Assembly (NCBI GenBank): GCA_964252035.1
Contig: OZ176205.1
DNA length: 64,000 nt
Strand: one strand, 5' to 3'
From: Podarcis erhardii
Lineage: Eukaryota
Position 1 is the first letter of the stretch. Every line of letters starts with the position of its first letter. Below, one piece after another: positions 60,380 through 64,000 of the stretch. The translations under genes were made by a program, and so were the position numbers. The notes under the pieces are model-generated. The model did no database searches, had not been told where the DNA came from, and saw only the letters and a program-made list of their open reading frames with translations.

Positions 60380-63300
60380 GATTTCATTACATTCAGCACA
60401 GTATGAGATTAAGTCAAAGTAGTTTTGCTAATTAAATTCAATTGCCATCCATTAGACCAATGGAATGAGATGAATCTACTATACAGCTGACACAGCACAG
60501 GTATGCAATTTGGCTAAATGGCTATTTCTAAACGACAGCACACACATTTCTCTGCTTGTTCCCTTTTTTAAGAGTTAGAATTTCTGCACGCACTCTGCCC
60601 CTGTTTCTAAAAAAGAAAAAAGAAGAAAAAGGAGCCTGCTGAAGGGCAAAGATATCAGTTTAAATAATCAGTCTCAAAGGACTATATGATAGCAACGAAT
60701 CAGCTTGGAAGGGTGTACAAATTTAAGCTTACAAGGTTTGGAGTCAGTGAAAGGGAGACATAGGGTTTCTGGTCCCATTGGCTGTTTCTTTTTTTATCAT
60801 TGATTGATATATGTTTTATTTATTAAAGGGGTCTTAAGCAGCCCATAAACTTGCTGGGGCCAGGTTGTTTCTGCTGCATTTACCAACCCAGTATTATTAG
60901 CTGACTGTTTGCATAATACTGAGAGAAATGATTTCAAATTCAGATAGTAGGCTGACGTTCGTGGCTTAACTTGATGTTTAAGGACATGCTATATTCTAGG
61001 ATGAGGAGTTTCTTACTCTGTTGAAATGACAGGAATACCATTCAGGCATTGGCCAAGACAAAATTTTGACAGCCAGCAAGCCTATAATGTTTCCGAGTGC
61101 GCAGATTTACACGTCCTGCCAAGATGAAAATTGGCTAAAACCAAAAAGGATATTGGGGATTGACACTTTAGGAAGAAATAACAGAGTAGTACTTTGCATT
61201 GGTTTAAGAAATGTGATCCCTTGAACTGTTTTACTTCCTGGAATCCTATGAGCTAATGTGTAGTAATCAATCCGATTCCATTGTGAATGCTAACTGCCTG
61301 CAACATAGCACAGCGGAAGAAAAGTTAACAGAGTACTTGCACAATACAGCTGGCTATTCCCTACGTTGAAGCTGGATGCTGTGAAGTCCAAATGTGCATG
61401 CTTGGCCCCATCTCCTTGGAACGTTTGTGGGATGGAAGACTGAACCATTGCATCTACAAAATATGAATGCAATTGAGAGTTATACTGGATTTTCATGTTA
61501 CCTATTTTTAGAACACAGCAAAGACTTCAGGGCAAAACTAGCACAATATAGCTGCTGGTGGGGAAAGCCCTAATGAAAGACATTAATTGGAGGGTGCCAT
61601 TATTTTATAGCAGTTTTTCTTCGATGCTTTCCCTTGATGTAATTGTTATGCTGATATTTGTTGTTGTTCAGTCATGAATCTTTTGCATTGGTTATTTGCG
61701 GCTCACAGCTTGTGTGTAAACCAAACCACAAGCCCAGACTCGGGAGGTACAGCAAACCAAGGCTTGTGGGTTTGTTGCTCCTGGCATGGAGCAACCTAGA
61801 GCAAGGAGGACTTTTCTGCGTCAGCACACTGCTCATTCACTTTAAATCATAGATAAACATTAACTATATACTTTAACTTGAAGTGAGAACCAGGCCTTTG
61901 CTGCTCACTGTTTTCCCCGACCCCTCTTCTCTTTCTGAACACTGTTACAAGTTCAGATGAAAACAAGGAACAATATTATACATGAAATGCAACAGCAGAA
62001 TACAGGGGCTGCAATTCTTTATGGCCCTCAGATTTTGCATCCCATTAAGTACTGACACTATGATTAATTTATCTTAAAGGGTTACTTTTTGTCAAACAGT
62101 GGTGGTGATGGCGGTTGTTAACCCATATTCACTAGTGGTTAAGAGTGTGTACAGCATTTATCAAAACTTTCTGCAGCTTCTTTCATCTCATTAGCATCTC
62201 AGTCTCTATTCAGTAGTTGATGTCCGTTACAGCAAGAGTGCTCAGTTCTTGTTTTCAATAAGCTGGTTGTAAAATGTCAGAGTGTCACTTGCAATATAAA
62301 AAAGCAAAAATGATGGTATTTGAAAAAAATGTTACACCTCATAAAAACAAATTGTAAAGACATGAAAGTGATCTTGGTATGTTTTACTTTTCAGGACAGT
62401 TTAGCACAGCTGCTTTAAATACCAGTTGTCTGGATTCCCACACTTCCCTACCAATGGAGAGGTTTACACAAGCATAATTTAAGTTACAATTACCCTAATT
62501 AACATCTTATTTGCATAAATACTTGAAAGCAGAGCAACAAAGAAATGCCTTAGAAGCTGAACCTCAGTGGAGAAATGTGTTTTCACTGTGTTTTGGAAAA
62601 TATAGGCCATTATGTTTAAAGTTTCAGGCATAATAAAATAAACTGAAGTTCTATGGTTAATATTTTTATTACAATTTGGCCATGCCCCTTTTTACCTACT
62701 AGGTGTTAAATTTGGGAGGGAATCTTGCAGGAATTCAAGACACCTAAAACTGTCACACTTTTTTTTAAACTATTCAGAGATGACAGAAGCCTTCTCGTTG
62801 ATCAAAAATAGCATTAATTTTCTTTTCTTTTTTTTGTATGAGCAAAAATACTGTGGGTGCCAGTCTAGTTCCAATCATATTAAGTGGTTGGACCATGAGA
62901 ATCATGTTTGAAATCTTTTATTTCAAAAAATATTCATAGGAACTGAAGCTCAGTATTTAAAATGATAGTACAATGGAGTTGTTTTCTCTTTTCTCAACTC
63001 TTAAAGTGAGATGTTTATAGCACTGTAGGCTGGGGCCCACTTTTGATTCTGAAAGTTTTTTCAGACTTCCTGAGGTCATTGCAAATACTGAATCCCACCT
63101 ATCATATATCCTTACTCAGAAAAGGCTTTTCCAAAAGCAAAGGATCAAAGGATCTGAATTGCAGAAATGGAACAGTTTGCTGCTTCTGGGGCCAAAAACA
63201 TTAATTTTAAGTGTGACTTTAAATTTATAAAACTTGAAGAATACAATTGGAAGTAGGTGCAGATGAAAAATGTTAATTTTGAACTTCAGTGGAACCTCCT

Positions 63301-63551
63301 TCTTGTACATTTATATTTTGTGATTATTTCTTGAGTTAGCTGGTGGTACTTCTGATTTTTCTTTTTTTATATTGCTGATGTATGTTATATTATTACTAGG
63401 TTTCCATTTAGGTACATTTTATTGTAATTGTTATGGCCTTTGACTAGCATGAATTTTGTGATTATTGCTCCTGAGATACCTAACTTAAGAGCAGCAGCTC
63501 AATTATAGAAACAATACTTTGACTGCTAATACAAACTGATCACAGGATTTT

Positions 63552-63732
63552 GGGGGAAGTGCTCAGTGGTTGAGTATCTCATTTGCATGCAGAAGGTCCT
63601 AGACTCAATGCCTTCAATTTCTAGGTAGGGCTGGGAATATCTTCTGTCAGACTCTGGGGAGCCAGTGCCAGTCTGAGTAAACAATACTGAGGTGGATTGA
63701 CCAAGCCATTATGCTAGATTCCTACGTTCCTA
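63552..63732 (+). mobile_element. tRNA-Ala-derived squamate SINE
   Basis: gctcagtggttgagtatctcatttgcatgcagaaggtcc head; gattcctacgttccta tail. Confidence 0.8.
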
Positions 63733-63733
63733 A

Positions 63734-63967
63734 GAGTTTGGATTTGATATCCCGCTTTATCACTACCCTAAGGAGTCTCAAAGCAGCTAACAATCTCCTT
63801 TCCCTTCCTCTCCCACAACAAACACTCTGTTAGGTGAGTGGGGCTGAGAGACTTCAGAGAAGTGTGACTAGCCCAAGGTCACCCAGCAGCTGCATGTGGA
63901 GGAGCAGGGAATAAACCTGGTTCCCCAGATTACGAGTCCACTGCTCTTAATCACTACGCCACACTGG
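63734..63967 (-). mobile_element. CORE-type tRNA SINE, near full length
   Basis: Reverse strand: ccagtgtggcgtagtgattaagagcagtggactcgtaatctggggaacc...gggtgaccttgggctagtcacac...gggatatcaaatccaaactc. Confidence 0.88.
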
Positions 63968-64000
63968 GAGAGAAACAGACCTCTAGTTTGTAATGAATAT

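Overview
Vertebrate genomic DNA from a squamate reptile. The TE content (Sauria-SINE 3' end, BovB tail, CR1, L2, hAT and Tc1/mariner-pogo MITEs) points to a lacertid-type lizard. The window holds the 5' end of NFIA (nuclear factor I A) on the + strand: coding exon 1a (29527-29553, MYSPLCLTQ), the 532-bp DNA-binding/dimerisation exon 2 (35353-35884), a probable alternative first exon supplying only the ATG (23793-23795), a large CpG-island promoter region, a separate upstream CpG island (~6.6-7.8 kb) and the first 28 kb of intron 2. Exon 3 is not in the window, and a 130-N assembly gap lies in the 5'UTR. Most interesting: (1) a well-formed intronic poly(A) site just after an in-frame read-through stop downstream of exon 2, predicting a DNA-binding-domain-only NFIA analogous to NFI-B3; (2) a perfect 33-bp inverted repeat in intron 2 not explained by a TE; (3) a uORF plus start-stop element in the exon 1a leader; (4) an inverted pair of ~240-bp MITEs in intron 2; (5) an upstream CpG island with divergent splice donors. 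Everything was read by eye with no database search; coordinates of decayed repeats are approximate.
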